Shown: positions 19,391 to 29,064 of the stretch, one piece after another
How the letters are laid out: every line of letters begins with the position of its first letter
Position numbering within the stretch: the first letter of the stretch is position 1
NCBI GenBank assembly: GCA_004562395.1
Contig: SFQY01000007.1
Coordinates: 13,272-77,271 of the forward strand
Length of the DNA stretch: 64,000 nt
Reading direction: 5' to 3'
Origin: a bacterium
GTDB lineage: Bacteria; Bacillota; Clostridia; Oscillospirales; Oscillospiraceae
The notes under the pieces: model-generated
Told to the model about the DNA's origin: nothing
What the model saw: the letters and a program-made list of their open reading frames with translations, nothing else
Databases searched by the model: none
Program-made: the position numbers and the translations under genes

Positions 19391-20746
19391 TTATTTTTCG
19401 AGAATAACGGCACAGCCGGCGGCGTCCACGGCGGCTTTGATGTGGGCGGCGGCTTCCGCGGGAGCCAGCTTGACCTGCTCGCCGGTCTTCATGTTCTTCA
19501 CGGAACACATGCCCTCGGCGATCTCATCCTCGCCCAGAAGGACGGCGAAGGGAACCTCCAGTTTGTTGGCGTAGGCCATCTTCTGCTTGAACTTCTTCTG
19601 CTCACCGTAGAGCTGGACCCGGATACCGGCGCTGCGGAGGGTTTCCGCCAGAGCGATGGCGGGGCCGGGATCGGCGGTCATGGGCAGCACCAAAGCGTCA
19701 GCGGGGGCGCTGGGAAGCTGAGGATTCAGCAGGCCCTGCTCGTCCAGCACATAGAACAGTCTCGTCAGGCCGATGGAAATGCCCACGCCGGGGAGCTGTT
19801 TGTCGATATAGTATCCGGCCAGATTGTCATAGCGGCCGCCGGAGCAGACGGAACCGATTTCCGGATGATCCAGAAGTGTGGTTTCGTAAACGGTGCCGGT
19901 GTAGTAATCCAGGCCTCTGGCAATGGTCAGGTCCACGGCAAAATTCGCTTCGGGAACCCCGAAGGCCGCCAGATTGCTGCATACGGCTTTCAGCTCGGAA
20001 AGGCCAAGGTCAAAGGTCTCGTTCCGTCCGGCGTAGCCCTCCAGAGCTGCCAGGACTTCGGCGTTGGTACCCTTGATGGCGATGAATGTCAGGATCTCCT
20101 CCGCCTGGGACTCCGTCAAACCGCAGTCCTCCAGCAGGATCAGCTTCACCTTCTCCGGGCCGATCTTGTCCAGCTTGTCCACGGTGCGCATGATGTCGCC
20201 GCTCTTTTCCGAAAGTCCCAGCATGGCGTAAAAGCCGTTCAGGATCTTGCGGTTGTTGACGTGGATCTGGAACCGGGTCAGGCCGAAGCCCCGGAACACC
20301 TTGTAGATGATGGCGGGGATCTCCGCCTCATTCAGAATGTCCAGCTTCCCGTCGCCGATGATGTCGATGTCCGCCTGGTAGAATTCCCGGAACCGGCCCC
20401 GCTGGGCCCGCTCGCCCCGGTAGACCTTGCTGATCTGGAACCGGCGGAAGGGGAAGGCAAGCTCGTTATAGTGCAGTGCCACATATTTGGCCAGGGGGAC
20501 CGTCAGGTCAAAGCGCAGGGCCAGGTCGCTGTCGCCCTTGGTAAAGCGGTAGATCTGCTTTTCCGTTTCACCGCCGCCCTTGGCCAGCAGGATCTGGGCG
20601 TCCTCGATCACCGGGGTGTCCAGGGGCGCGAAGCCGTAGGAGGCGTAGGTGCCGCGCAGAATTTCGGCCATTTTTTCAAATTGAATCTGTTTGGAGGGCA
20701 GAAGCTCCATAAAACCGGACAGAGTCCGGGGCTTGATGATTTCCAT
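19391..20746 (-). CDS. hisS: Histidine--tRNA ligase
   Basis: LRFDLTVP, RGRFREFYQAD, RGLDYYTG, GGRYD. Confidence 0.97.
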   Translation of the reverse strand: MEIIKPRTLSGFMELLPSKQIQFEKMAEILRGTYASYGFAPLDTPVIEDAQILLAKGGGETEKQIYRFTKGDSDLALRFDLTVPLAKYVALHYNELAFPFRRFQISKVYRGERAQRGRFREFYQADIDIIGDGKLDILNEAEIPAIIYKVFRGFGLTRFQIHVNNRKILNGFYAMLGLSEKSGDIMRTVDKLDKIGPEKVKLILLEDCGLTESQAEEILTFIAIKGTNAEVLAALEGYAGRNETFDLGLSELKAVCSNLAAFGVPEANFAVDLTIARGLDYYTGTVYETTLLDHPEIGSVCSGGRYDNLAGYYIDKQLPGVGISIGLTRLFYVLDEQGLLNPQLPSAPADALVLPMTADPGPAIALAETLRSAGIRVQLYGEQKKFKQKMAYANKLEVPFAVLLGEDEIAEGMCSVKNMKTGEQVKLAPAEAAAHIKAAVDAAGCAVILEK

Positions 20747-20770
20747 GGATATATCCTTTCCGAATAAAGT

Positions 20771-20853
20771 GAGATATAAGATACGAGATATAAGATACAA
20801 GATATTCCGAAGAATCCGATATCTTATATCCTATATCTCGTATCTTCTATCTC
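20771..20853. repeat. Inverted array of 7-bp tandem repeats (AGATATA/AGATACR)
   Basis: About five heptamers, a short spacer, then about five reverse-complement heptamers; a half-array also lies at 43901-43932. Confidence 0.8.
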
Positions 20854-20869
20854 AGGTTTCTCTAATTGA

Positions 20870-21283
20870 TTAGAATCTGCTCTTGCTGTGGAGCATTTCC
20901 CGCCAATCCAGGTCGCCTCTCTGCAGGCCCATGATCAGCATTTCCGCGCTGGCCAGGTTTGTGGCGATGGGGACGTTCTGCTTGTCGCAGTGGCGGATGG
21001 TTTCGATCATCTGGCTGTCGTCCCAGGGATCGGTGGTATTGGGATCGGTGAACAGAAGCACCAGATCGATTTCGTTATAGGCGATGCGGGCATTGATCTG
21101 CTGGTGGCCGCCCTGCTTATGGGAAAGCAGCAGGGTAATGGGCAGACCGGTATTGTCAGCGATCAGCCGGCCGGTGGTCGCGGTAGCGAACAGGTTGTGC
21201 TTCATCAGAACGCTCTTATAGGCGGTGCAGAACTGGACCATCAGTTCTTTCTTTTTGTCGTGCGCCAGAAATGCGATATTCAC
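20870..21283 (-). CDS. mgsA: Methylglyoxal synthase-like protein with degenerate active site
   Basis: NIAFLAHDKKK, ATATTG, IDLVLLF, VPIATNLASA; GGDQQ replaced by GGHQQ. Confidence 0.8.
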   Translation of the reverse strand: MNIAFLAHDKKKELMVQFCTAYKSVLMKHNLFATATTGRLIADNTGLPITLLLSHKQGGHQQINARIAYNEIDLVLLFTDPNTTDPWDDSQMIETIRHCDKQNVPIATNLASAEMLIMGLQRGDLDWREMLHSKSRF

Positions 21284-21339
21284 AACAATCACTCCTTTTT
21301 ATTTATGTAGGAAAACATCGGATTGCATTCAAAAACAGG

Positions 21340-22080
21340 TCAGCGCAGGTTGATGGGTTCCGGGAAGCCCTGAAGCCGCTTGGCGATCCTGCGGCAGGCC
21401 TTGGCGGCGGGGCTTCGCCTGGCGTATTTCAGAAGAGGGTAGCCAAAGGAGGCGGCGAGGGTTACGTTGGGGTCTTCCAGCACAATGCCCGCCAGAGGGA
21501 GCCCGGCATTGTCCATGACGTCGTCGATGGTGAGCTGTACGGTGGACAGCATGGACCGGTTTACCCGGTTCACCACCAGACGAACATCCTTTTTGCCCAT
21601 GAGCTCCAGCAGGTCTCCCACCCGCGCGGCGTCCCGCACGGCGGCCGGCCCGGAGCCGGTGACCAGAAGAAACCGGTCCGCGGCGGCGGAAACCAGCCGG
21701 AAGCCGGCATCCACCCCAGCCGGGGCGTCCAGAAAGAGATAGTCAAATTGCGTACGGGCCTGCCGGAGCATCGCGTTGAAGCTTCCAAAGGGAATCTTCT
21801 CCACCGGGCAGTTCATGGGAGCGGTCAAAAAAGAGAGGGTAGGATAGAGAGGATGCTTCGCGGCGTGATCCAGGGAATAACCCCCTTCACACACATCCAG
21901 GAAGGACAACGCGCCGCTTTCGGAGATCCCCAGGGAAATATCCAGATTGCGAAGCCCAACGTCGCAGTCCACACACAGGACCGATCTTCCTTCCTCCGCC
22001 AGGGCTTCGGCGATGCCGGCACAGACGGAGGTTTTTCCGGTTCCGCCCTTCCCGGACACGATCGCAAAAAGCTCCCCCAA
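21340..22080 (-). CDS. minD: Septum site-determining protein MinD-like ATPase
   Basis: Deviant Walker A SGKGGTGKT, DCDVGLRNLD, DAPAG, RDAARV. Confidence 0.85.
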   Translation of the reverse strand: MGELFAIVSGKGGTGKTSVCAGIAEALAEEGRSVLCVDCDVGLRNLDISLGISESGALSFLDVCEGGYSLDHAAKHPLYPTLSFLTAPMNCPVEKIPFGSFNAMLRQARTQFDYLFLDAPAGVDAGFRLVSAAADRFLLVTGSGPAAVRDAARVGDLLELMGKKDVRLVVNRVNRSMLSTVQLTIDDVMDNAGLPLAGIVLEDPNVTLAASFGYPLLKYARRSPAAKACRRIAKRLQGFPEPINLR

Positions 22081-22400
22081 CCAACATCGCCTCCCATAGC
22101 TGTAATTAAGTATCATTATAAAGGAATTTCGCACAAAACGCAAGAGGATTTTCAGGGATTTTCAAAGATTTTTCATCAGAATCAACAAAAATTCCATTTG
22201 CTTCTGGAAGAAGCCGGGCAGCAGCTCTTAAAATGGGTCGTTTTTCGGCTCTGTTTTGAGAGGGAAAAGCCAAAGCTTTGGGTTCCTCCGGTGAAAAACG
22301 GAAAAACCGAAAGAAAAAGGGTTGCGCGCCGGGAAAATGTGCGGTATAATTATTCTGTAAAAAAACGGGCATATGCCCGATAATTGGAGGAATGATTCCG

Positions 22401-23399
22401 ATGTTCAACGCAATGATCGAAACTCTGAAAGCGAATCCCCGCAAGATCGTGTTTACCGAGGGCCATGACGCCCGTATTCTGGAAGCCACTTCCCGCCTGG
22501 TGGAGGGTGGTTTCCTGACCCCCATTCTGATCGGCGATGTGGACGTGGTCAAGGCCAACGCCGCCAAGGGCGGTTACAACATTGAGGGCGTGGAGATCAT
22601 CGATCCTCTGACCTACGGCGACATGGACGCCATGGTGGAGAAGATGGTGGAGCTGCGCAAGGGCAAGATGTCCGCTGAGGACTGCCGTGCCGCTCTGTCC
22701 AAGGGCAACTACTTCGGCACCATGCTGGTGAAGATGGGCTACGCCGACGCTCTGCTGGGCGGCGCTACTTACTCCACCGCCGATACCGTCCGTCCCGCTC
22801 TGCAGATCGTCAAGACCAAGAAGGGCGCCCATCTGGTGTCCTCCTGCTTCATCCTGGTCCGCGGCGAAGAGAAGCTGGCCATGGGCGACTGCGCCATCAA
22901 CATCAGCTACGAGGACAGTGTGGATAAGGAAGGCAACGTGACCCTGTCCGCCGCCCAGAAGCTGGCGGAAGTGGCCATCGAGACCGCCAACACCGCCAAG
23001 GTCTTCGGCATCGATCCCAAGGTCGCCATGCTGAGCTTCTCCACCAACGGCTCCGGCAAGGGCGGCACCGTCAAGCTCAGCCACGACGCCACCGCCGTGG
23101 CCAAGGAAATGGCTCCCGATCTGCTCATCGACGGCGAGATGCAGTTCGACGCCGCCGTGGCTCCCGAGGTCGGCCAGCTGAAGTTCCCCGGCTCTCCCGT
23201 GGCCGGCTATGCCAACACCTTCATCTTCCCCACCATCGAGGCCGGCAACATCGGCTACAAGATCGCCCAGCGTCTGGGCGGCTTCGAGGCCTATGGTCCC
23301 ATCCTGCAGGGCCTGGCCGCTCCCATCAACGACCTGTCCCGTGGCTGCAACGCCGACGAGGTCTACAAGATGGCCATCATCACCGCTGCCATGGTGTAA
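22401..23399 (+). CDS. pta: Phosphate acetyltransferase
   Basis: TADTVRPALQIVK, MLSFSTNGS, IDGEMQFDAA, AGNIGYK, NDLSRG. Confidence 0.96.
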   Translation: MFNAMIETLKANPRKIVFTEGHDARILEATSRLVEGGFLTPILIGDVDVVKANAAKGGYNIEGVEIIDPLTYGDMDAMVEKMVELRKGKMSAEDCRAALSKGNYFGTMLVKMGYADALLGGATYSTADTVRPALQIVKTKKGAHLVSSCFILVRGEEKLAMGDCAINISYEDSVDKEGNVTLSAAQKLAEVAIETANTAKVFGIDPKVAMLSFSTNGSGKGGTVKLSHDATAVAKEMAPDLLIDGEMQFDAAVAPEVGQLKFPGSPVAGYANTFIFPTIEAGNIGYKIAQRLGGFEAYGPILQGLAAPINDLSRGCNADEVYKMAIITAAMV

Positions 23400-23424
23400 C
23401 GCGGGGAATTCCCAATCAAAAAGC

Positions 23425-23458
23425 ATCGCGGACCGGTTTCCCGGTCCGCGATTTTTTT
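23425..23458. terminator. Bidirectional terminator
   Basis: ATCGCGGACCGG-TTTC-CCGGTCCGCGAT-TTTTTT. Confidence 0.75.
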
Positions 23459-23867
23459 ACTGAGTGTCCTTCAGAAGGTCCGCAATGGTGATGCCCTCAA
23501 AGAATTCGTCGATCATTTTATCCAGCTTGTCCCACATGGGCCTGGCCTGGCAGCACTCCGTCCGGGAGCAGGCTGCCGCGCCCTGACTGGTGCAGGAGAC
23601 GGCACTGAGGCTTCCTTCGGTGAGCTTCAGAATGCTGCCGACGGTGTATTCCTCCGGGCTCCGGTTCAGACGGTAGCCGCCCCCCTTGCCGTGGACGGCA
23701 TCCACAAACCCCGCCTTGGACAGAGTGGTCATGATGGCCTCCAGATATTTCTGGGAGATTCCCTCGGCCTCCGCGATTTCCTTCAGCGGAATGTATTCCT
23801 GCCCGCCCCGCCGGGCAAAGCTGACCATAACCCGCAGGGCGTAGCGTCCCTTGGTGGATACGATCAT
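23457..23867 (-). CDS. Rrf2 family regulator (IscR/CymR-like)
   Basis: STKGRYALR, ISQKYLE, GKGGGY, cysteine cluster SC..C..CC. Confidence 0.9.
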   Translation of the reverse strand: MIVSTKGRYALRVMVSFARRGGQEYIPLKEIAEAEGISQKYLEAIMTTLSKAGFVDAVHGKGGGYRLNRSPEEYTVGSILKLTEGSLSAVSCTSQGAAACSRTECCQARPMWDKLDKMIDEFFEGITIADLLKDTQ

Positions 23868-23871
23868 AGGC

Positions 23872-24300
23872 TTATTCGCAGTGGGCGCAATGCTCACAGT
23901 CGGGGAACTGGCTCTTATCGTAGGGGATGTTGTTCCGGTCGAAATAATCCTTCAGGGCGTTGTGGATGGCTTCCTCCGCCAGCACGGAGCAGTGCATCTT
24001 GTGGGCGGGCAGGCCGTCCAGGGCTTCGGCCACAGCCTTGTTGGTCAGGGCCATGGCTTCGTAAATGGACTTGCCCTTGATCATCTCCGTGGCCATGGAG
24101 GAGGAGGCAATGGCGGAGCCGCAGCCGAAGGTCTCAAACTTTACGTCCTGAATGATGTCGTTTTCCACCTTCAGGTAGATTTTCATGATGTCGCCGCACT
24201 TGGCGTTGCCCACTTCGCCCACGCCGTTGGCGTCGTCAATGACACCCACATTTCTGGGGTGCATGAAGTGGTCCATTACTTTTTCACTGTACAGTGCCAT
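23872..24300 (-). CDS. iscU: Fe-S scaffold protein NifU/IscU
   Basis: YSEKVMDHF, CGDIM, FGCGSAIAS, KMHCSVLA. Confidence 0.95.
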   Translation of the reverse strand: MALYSEKVMDHFMHPRNVGVIDDANGVGEVGNAKCGDIMKIYLKVENDIIQDVKFETFGCGSAIASSSMATEMIKGKSIYEAMALTNKAVAEALDGLPAHKMHCSVLAEEAIHNALKDYFDRNNIPYDKSQFPDCEHCAHCE

Positions 24301-24353
24301 ATTGGGAAACTCTCCTTTATCATTACATATTTCGGTGTGGAATCAAGGGAATG

Positions 24354-25541
24354 TTACAGAATATACTGCCGTTTCCCGCTCTGCAGGTCTCTCCAGACCG
24401 GGGACATGTTCCGCAGGTAGGAAACCACCTCGGGCACCACCTTCAGAATGTGGTCGATCTCCTCGTCGGTGTTGTACTCGCTGAGGGACAGACGCAGGGA
24501 GCCGTGGGCCACATCGTGGACCCGACCGATGGCCAGCAGTACGTGGCTGGGATCCAGACTGCCGGAGGTACAGGCGGAGCCGGAGGAGGCGCAGACACCC
24601 TTGGCGTCCAGCAGAAGCAGCAGGCTCTCGCCCTCGATGCCCTCAAAGCAGAAGCTGACATTGCCGGGCAGACGGTTTACCCGGTCGCCGTTGAGAGCGC
24701 TGTGAGGGATCTGGGACAGCCCTTCAATGAGCCGGTCCCGCATGGCGGCCACCCGGGGCATGTTCTCGTCCATATGGTCGCAGGCGTCCTTCAGAGCGGC
24801 GGCCATGCCGCAGATCCCGGCGACGTTCTCGGTACCGGCACGCTTGCCCCGCTCCTGGGCGCCGCCCTCAATGACGTTCACTAGAGGGAAGCCCTTGCGC
24901 ACATACAGGGCGCCCACGCCCTTGGGGCCGTGGAACTTGTGGCCGGACAGGCTCAGCATGTCGATGTTCTGCTCCTTGACGTTGATGTGCAGGTGTCCCA
25001 CCGCCTGGACGGCGTCGGTGTGGAAGGGAACGCCCGCTTCCTTGCAGATGGCGCCGATCTCGGCAATGGGCAGGACGGAGCCGATCTCGTTGTTGGCGTA
25101 CATGGTGGTCACCAGGCAGGTGTCGGGGCGGATGGCGTCCTTTACCTGCTGGGCGGTGACATTGTGGTTGTTCCGGACATCCAGGTAGGTGACCTCAAAG
25201 CCCTCCTTCTCCAGCTTGTTCAGGGTGTGCAGCACCGCGTGATGCTCAAAGGCGGTGGAGATGATGTGCTTCTTGCCCTTTTTGGCGCCGTAGCGGGCGG
25301 CGGAGATGATGGCCTGATTGTCGGCCTCGCTGCCGCCGGAGGTGAAGATGATCTCCCGGGGCTCACAGCCCAGACACTGGGCCACGGTTTCCCGGGCGAC
25401 ATCCAGGGCTTCCTTGGCCCGCTGGCCAACGGAGTGGAGGGAGGACGGGTTCCCGTAGATTTCTTTGAAGCAGGGCGTCATCGCGTCGATGGCTACCTGA
25501 CTCATGGCGGTGGTTGCCGCGTTGTCAGCATAAACGTGCAT
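24354..25541 (-). CDS. iscS: Cysteine desulfurase NifS/IscS
   Basis: DNAATT, GNPSS, HTDAVQA, SGHKFHGPKG, SSGSACTS. Confidence 0.96.
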   Translation of the reverse strand: MHVYADNAATTAMSQVAIDAMTPCFKEIYGNPSSLHSVGQRAKEALDVARETVAQCLGCEPREIIFTSGGSEADNQAIISAARYGAKKGKKHIISTAFEHHAVLHTLNKLEKEGFEVTYLDVRNNHNVTAQQVKDAIRPDTCLVTTMYANNEIGSVLPIAEIGAICKEAGVPFHTDAVQAVGHLHINVKEQNIDMLSLSGHKFHGPKGVGALYVRKGFPLVNVIEGGAQERGKRAGTENVAGICGMAAALKDACDHMDENMPRVAAMRDRLIEGLSQIPHSALNGDRVNRLPGNVSFCFEGIEGESLLLLLDAKGVCASSGSACTSGSLDPSHVLLAIGRVHDVAHGSLRLSLSEYNTDEEIDHILKVVPEVVSYLRNMSPVWRDLQSGKRQYIL

Positions 25542-25565
25542 GTATCAATAACCTCCTGTCGGTTT

Positions 25566-25619
25566 TACCTAGCAATTTCATAGGTAATATACCATCACTT
25601 ACCTACTTTGTCAATAGGC
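25566..25619 (-). promoter_or_regulatory. sigma-A promoter of iscS overlapped by two Rrf2-type palindromic operators
   Basis: TTGACA-17 bp-TATATT (25614 to 25586, minus strand); TACCTAGCAATTTCATAGGTA and TACCTACTTTGTCAATAGGCA. Confidence 0.7.
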
Positions 25620-25632
25620 AGATGCTGCGGAA

Positions 25633-26094
25633 TCACTCTGAGGGGAAGATTTTTCTCAGGATCGGGGTCTGTTCCCGCTGCACATTGGAAAAGGTGCCGT
25701 AAAAACGGTCGGCATTTGGGTTTTGGGCGGGGATGAGGAAATATTCGTCAATGTGATTGTCCCGGCACCGCCTTTCCAGTTCCCGGAAAAGGCCCTGGGC
25801 GATGCATCTGTGCCGGTACGCCTTGCGCACGTACACCCAATCTACGTATGCCATCCGGAAGCCGTCCTGGATGCAGCCGTAAAAGTGGTATTCCAGCCGA
25901 CCCAGAACACGACCCTCCTCCACCGCCAGAATGGAGGTGGAGTGCCGGTAAAAGGGGTCGGCCACCCGGGCGCGGATCCCCTCCGGGTCCACAGTCTGCA
26001 CAAACATCATTTCCGGGTCTTCGGCAGCGGCCCTTTCCAGATAGGCAAGGTAAGCGTCCACCGTTTCTTCGCTTAAGTCCCGGTATTCCATCAC
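25633..26094 (-). CDS. GNAT family N-acetyltransferase
   Basis: VYVRKAYRHRCIAQGL acetyl-CoA motif; NPNADRFY. Confidence 0.8.
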   Translation of the reverse strand: MMEYRDLSEETVDAYLAYLERAAAEDPEMMFVQTVDPEGIRARVADPFYRHSTSILAVEEGRVLGRLEYHFYGCIQDGFRMAYVDWVYVRKAYRHRCIAQGLFRELERRCRDNHIDEYFLIPAQNPNADRFYGTFSNVQREQTPILRKIFPSE

Positions 26095-26546
26095 AGTCTC
26101 TCCTCCAGGGCTGCGGCCACCAGCTCCAGACCCGCCCGGTCCTCCGCCGTAAACCGGCCCACAGTGGGGCTGTCAATGTCCAGAACACCCCAGATGTTTC
26201 CGTCCTTGTGAAGGGGCACCACGATCTCGGAATTGGAAGCGCTGTCGCAGGCGATATGTCCCGGGAAATCATGGACGTTGGGAACCAGCTGCACCCGATC
26301 CTCCGCTGCGGCCGTGCCGCAGACACCCCTGCCCAGGGGAATGCGGATGCAGGCGGGCTTTCCCTGGAAGGGGCCAAGAATCAGGCAGCCGTCTTCCATT
26401 TTGTAAAAGCCTGCCCAGTTGATGTCCGGCAGGGCCTGCCACAGCAGGGCAGAGACATTGGCCAGATTGGCTGTCTCATAGGGAACATCCTCCGTCAGGG
26501 CCAGAAGCTGCCGAACGAGCATGGGATAATTGACTGTTTGATCCAT
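26091..26546 (-). CDS. msrC: GAF-domain free methionine-R-sulfoxide reductase (MsrC/YebR-like)
   Basis: NWAGFY, LGPFQGKPAC, GRGVCG, HIACDSASNSEIVVP, LDIDS. Confidence 0.88.
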   Translation of the reverse strand: MDQTVNYPMLVRQLLALTEDVPYETANLANVSALLWQALPDINWAGFYKMEDGCLILGPFQGKPACIRIPLGRGVCGTAAAEDRVQLVPNVHDFPGHIACDSASNSEIVVPLHKDGNIWGVLDIDSPTVGRFTAEDRAGLELVAAALEERL

Positions 26547-26608
26547 ATGTGATTCCTCATTTTTTGATTTTTTTCAAACCGATCCTGCCTGGCTTAAAAT
26601 TTTTGCGT

Positions 26609-26670
26609 AAAGGATGGTTTATATTGGCACCCCGCGTAGGGCCGACCGTTATTCAGATAGACGATCCTTT
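26609..26670. repeat. Degenerate mini-copy of the TIR-bounded REP element
   Basis: AAAGGATGGTTT...AGACGATCCTTT ends enclosing a GTAGGGCCGACC remnant. Confidence 0.5.
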
Positions 26671-26843
26671 CCCTGCCAAATTTCTGCATAAAACCGTCCC
26701 TTCTATCATATAAAATATGTTTCCGTCTTTCAAGTCAGAAATTCCCCGAAAGTCCAATGGGTTCCTCTTTTTTCGACTTTTTCAGCGGTTACAATCCGGC
26801 CGCCGGGTCATATTAAGAAGGCAGAGAAAAAGGAGGGCTGAGA

Positions 26844-27815
26844 ATGAAACGAATCACAGGTTCCATTGCTTTCACTTTCATATTATTGTTTACGCTGCTT
26901 CCGCTGCAGGCCCGGGCGGCGGAGCTGCTGATTCCTGTTGGAAAAATCATTGGCTTGCAGCTTCGGGATGACACCGTGACAGTGGCGGCCTACGACGATT
27001 CTCTGGGCGGCTGCGCCAGAAACGCGGGGCTGAAGATCGGGGACGAGATCGTGAAGATCAACGGCACGTCCATTGACTGTGCTGAGGATGTCCGGGCTGC
27101 TCTGGGCAGCGGCAGCACTGAGGTGGAGCTGACGGTACGGCGGGGCGGAAAGCTGAACGTTCTGCATCTGACCCCGGAGCAGACCGCGGAGGGTCCCCGA
27201 CTGGGAGTTTTTCTGCGCCAGGGAATCGCGGGCATCGCGACCGTCACCTTTTACGATCCGGAAACCGGAAAATTCGGCACCCTTGGTCACGGCGTCAGCA
27301 CTTCCGGGGGAAAGCTTCTGCAAATGACCAGGGGCTATGCCTACGAGGCCCAGATTCAGTCCGTCAAAAAAGGGAAAAGCGGCGAGCCTGGGCAGCTGAA
27401 GGGCATTGCCGACGGGGAAACCGCTTTCGGAACCCTGCTGCGCAATACGCCCCAGGGCGTCTTCGGAATCACCCAGCAGGGCTGGAAGGGAGAGCCGATC
27501 CCGGTAGCGTCCTTTGAGGAGGTCCACAGAGGGGCTGCCTTCATCCGTTCCACGGTATCCGGCGATAAAGCACAGGACTATTCTGTGGAAATTCTGAAAA
27601 TCTATCCCGAAGACCGGGCCGACGGCCGGAATTTCCTGATCAAAGTGGTAGACCCCGCCCTCCTGTCCGCCACAGGAGGAATCGTTCAGGGAATGAGCGG
27701 CAGTCCGATCATCCAGGATGGAAAGCTGGTGGGGGCTGTGACACATGTTCTGGTCAATGATCCCACCACGGGCTACGGAATCTTCATTGAAAATATGCTG
27801 GACGCGGCAACTTGA
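26844..27815 (+). CDS. spoIVB: SpoIVB peptidase (S55)
   Basis: PDZ region (AGLKIGDEIVKING), FGTLGHG, TGGIVQGMSGSPIIQDGKLVGAVTHVLVNDPTTGYGIFIENML; sigma-F/G-like -10 GGTCATATTA upstream. Confidence 0.95.
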   Translation: MKRITGSIAFTFILLFTLLPLQARAAELLIPVGKIIGLQLRDDTVTVAAYDDSLGGCARNAGLKIGDEIVKINGTSIDCAEDVRAALGSGSTEVELTVRRGGKLNVLHLTPEQTAEGPRLGVFLRQGIAGIATVTFYDPETGKFGTLGHGVSTSGGKLLQMTRGYAYEAQIQSVKKGKSGEPGQLKGIADGETAFGTLLRNTPQGVFGITQQGWKGEPIPVASFEEVHRGAAFIRSTVSGDKAQDYSVEILKIYPEDRADGRNFLIKVVDPALLSATGGIVQGMSGSPIIQDGKLVGAVTHVLVNDPTTGYGIFIENMLDAAT

Positions 27816-27832
27816 CCAGCAAAACAGCTTTA

Positions 27833-27868
27833 ATAAAGCGTGGGTGTTTTGAATTACCCACGCTTTAT
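27833..27868. terminator. Bidirectional terminator
   Basis: ATAAAGCGTGGGT...ACCCACGCTTTAT. Confidence 0.7.
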
Positions 27869-27876
27869 ATGTTTTC

Positions 27877-28455
27877 TCATTTATGCGCAATCCTTGCATT
27901 CCGCTTTTCAATATCCTGACGCATTTTTTGAATCTTGGCATACTCACCTTTACACCATAAGCGGTCAATGAAAATCAGCGAGATAATCTCAAGCCCGACT
28001 GTTATGTACAGCGCCAGAAAGCATTCCCGGCGCTCTTGTTCCCAGGCGGCACAGGAAACAGAATCATCCAGAAACATGTTCTGCCCATTGTAAAGCTTCT
28101 CAATGTGATCGCCGCCCGCAATTGTTTCCGAATACACCAGTGAATAGGTTTCACCAGCAATCAGCATTTCTTTCAAATGTTCGACAGATACAAGTTTTTC
28201 CGGAATGACATACTTTCTGCCATCTTCTGTATTTAAAACAGTGGATTTTCCGCGTTGAAGCCCAATCGTTTCGCTGGAAATATGGGAATAAACAACTTCT
28301 GTATATTTCCAGTCATCAGGGGAGCCTAAACTGTATATCCCAAACAGCCACACAGGAATAAACAGCAGAATCGGAAACGTAATTGCATATTTCCAGAATA
28401 TACTCTTCCTGACAGAACGGAGCGCTTCCTTTTTATTTTTTACATAGCCATCCAT
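27877..28455 (-). CDS. Hypothetical two-TM membrane protein, AT-richer than flanks (cassette 1)
   Basis: 192-aa ORF with AAGGGGG RBS; TM segments near both ends. Confidence 0.7.
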   Translation of the reverse strand: MDGYVKNKKEALRSVRKSIFWKYAITFPILLFIPVWLFGIYSLGSPDDWKYTEVVYSHISSETIGLQRGKSTVLNTEDGRKYVIPEKLVSVEHLKEMLIAGETYSLVYSETIAGGDHIEKLYNGQNMFLDDSVSCAAWEQERRECFLALYITVGLEIISLIFIDRLWCKGEYAKIQKMRQDIEKRNARIAHK

Positions 28456-28629
28456 ATGAACATCCCCCTTAACAGAAGTATTATAGCTTAATTCGTGTAT
28501 TTCCAGAACCCATGATCAGCCATATCCATAATAAAGTGTTTCCATCATTATATCACATGTCTTTAATAATTGATAGATGGGAATGATACCTGTAATTGTT
28601 GTCCTTAATGACAATCACTCGTGCCCTCC

Positions 28630-28704
28630 AGCCCCATCATCCAGGACGGCAGGCTCATCGGCGCTGTGACCCACGTTCTTGTGGACGACCCCACGGCAGT
28701 GTAA
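28630..28704 (+). repeat. Diverged copy of the spoIVB 3' end (SPIIQDGRLIGAVTHVLVDDPTAV*)
   Basis: 19/24 aa identical to SpoIVB from nt 27702; many synonymous differences. Confidence 0.92.
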
Positions 28705-28732
28705 GGAAATTGCGGGACAGAACGGATTCTTG

Positions 28733-28761
28733 TTGACGGAGTAGCTGAATTCTGATATAAT
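28733..28761 (+). promoter_or_regulatory. sigma-A promoter of the TA operon with overlapping palindrome
   Basis: TTGACG-17 bp-TATAAT; ATTCTGAT...ATTAGAAT imperfect inverted repeat. Confidence 0.75.
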
Positions 28762-28794
28762 TAGATTAGAATTTGACTATCAGGAGGAATGATT

Positions 28795-29061
28795 ATGAAT
28801 ATTCGACCTTCCGCCGCCATTCGTCAGAATTACAATGAAATCGCCGATCTGTGCCGTAGAACCCAGGAGCCTGTATATCTCACCAAAAACGGAGAAGGTG
28901 ACTTGGTCATTATGGACATTGAGAGCTTTACCCGCCGGGAGAAAATGCTGAAACTCCGGGAAAACCTCCTTGCTGTGGAAGAAGACCGGGCCATGGGCCG
29001 CCGGGGCTGCACCATTGATGAGCTGGAGAGTTTCTTGGATGGCATTCTGAACGAGGGATAA
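28795..29061 (+). CDS. Type II antitoxin, Phd/YefM family
   Basis: MNIRPSAAIRQNYNEI, EPVYLTKNGEGDLVIMDIE; AGGAGG RBS. Confidence 0.9.
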   Translation: MNIRPSAAIRQNYNEIADLCRRTQEPVYLTKNGEGDLVIMDIESFTRREKMLKLRENLLAVEEDRAMGRRGCTIDELESFLDGILNEG

Positions 29062-29064
29062 CCG

